Shown in pieces: positions 63,077 through 64,000 of a stretch of DNA of 64,000 nt. Position 1 is the stretch's first letter; every line of letters begins with the position of its first letter. The position numbers and the translations under genes were made by a program. Source of the DNA: Octopus sinensis (Eukaryota). The stretch is from NCBI RefSeq assembly GCF_006345805.1, contig NC_043013.1, positions 14,260,001-14,324,000 on the forward strand, given 5' to 3'. The notes beneath the pieces were generated by a model. It had not been told where the DNA came from. It did no database searches and saw only the letters and a program-made list of their open reading frames with translations.

Positions 63077-63653
63077 ACATATATATATATACTGCTTACA
63101 CTTGGTTTTCATTGGCTTACCCTAAATAAGTTGTAAATAGCCATGCAAGCATAACCAGACAGCGCATCAAGTGTTTCCACTCCCTTTCTTGTTCGCTGTC
63201 TCCATATGCGTGCGAGCACACACGCACGCACCCCACACACACACACACATACACACACACACATACACACATACATTGACATATATTTACAGACATTTGA
63301 TTGTAGATATATATATACATATACTGCATGAATACCTAAAAGAAACTACAGCGGAAAGGAGTCAAAAATCACAAATGAAATGGCACTCGTGGAACAAAAT
63401 TGCAATAAAGCGATTGTCGTCATCAATGTTTCCACCAATCAAATGAAAGAATGGATTGAGATACGTGTTCCTTTTCGTCGTCTTTGTGACCGAGCGATAT
63501 ACTCCACAATGAAGGGCGAAAAGAGCATCCGAATGTTTCGGATTCAAATCCCACAAAAGTGACATTTCGAAAGCAGGAGGAGGGGCAACTAGTAATCATG
63601 ATCATGGCGGGATCGGTTCCCATAATGTTGTGAGGGACAAGTGGACAGCTCAC

Positions 63654-63703
<50 letters not shown>

Positions 63704-64000
63704 ATAATATAATATATATATATATATATATATAATATATTATATATATACTTATATATATATATATATATATATATTATGTTTATAATATCAAGAGTAA
63801 TAAGAAATATTAGAAATTTCTACTACCAGTGGCCTAACGGGTAAAATATTTAGTCAATAGACTATATATTCTTCATATAAACCGTTCATCCTAGCATGCA
63901 AGGAGTCCTATGATCCATGCTTGTTATGCGTTTAAATGTACACTGTTTTTATATATATAAATACAGTGTAATGTTTCTGCCGGCTCGCCACCTTCACATT

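Noticed and set aside
63480-63570. A-box/B-box-like pair (TGACCGAGCG ... GGATTCAAATCCCAC)
   Set aside because: T stem and acceptor stem do not pair; too degenerate to call a tRNA.

Overview
AT-rich, microsatellite-dense eukaryotic DNA; the SINE/MITE repertoire suggests a coleoid cephalopod such as Octopus (inference, not verified). No protein-coding host gene can be supported: nearly all listed ORFs are microsatellite translations, and the recognisable ones are dead transposon fragments. The window is dominated by a tandemly amplified tRNA gene cluster. It holds 9 full-length elongator tRNA-Met(CAT) genes, each with a 21-nt intron at 37/38, plus 2 dead copies. It also holds 10 intron-less tRNA-Arg(TCT) genes, 2 T-arm-deleted Arg relics and a tRNA-Asp relic. 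The genes sit in a >10-kb higher-order duplication (1-~7.8k vs 10.6k-~20.3k), a second Arg lineage (22.5-33.6k) and a Met-only tandem array (50.4-57.1k). Interspersed are a solo LTR, four tRNA-derived SINE families, an 8-bp-TSD MITE carrying TTAGGG repeats, Tc1/mariner/maT relics, R4/Dong and CR1 3' ends and a non-autonomous Helitron. Highlights: the intron-containing Met family, a 4x59-nt tandem array of hammerhead-ribozyme-like motifs (37023-37258), a second hammerhead-like motif (47946-47980), a ~690-bp palindrome just downstream of the last Met gene, and a Met copy truncated exactly at its 3' splice site by a fold-back.
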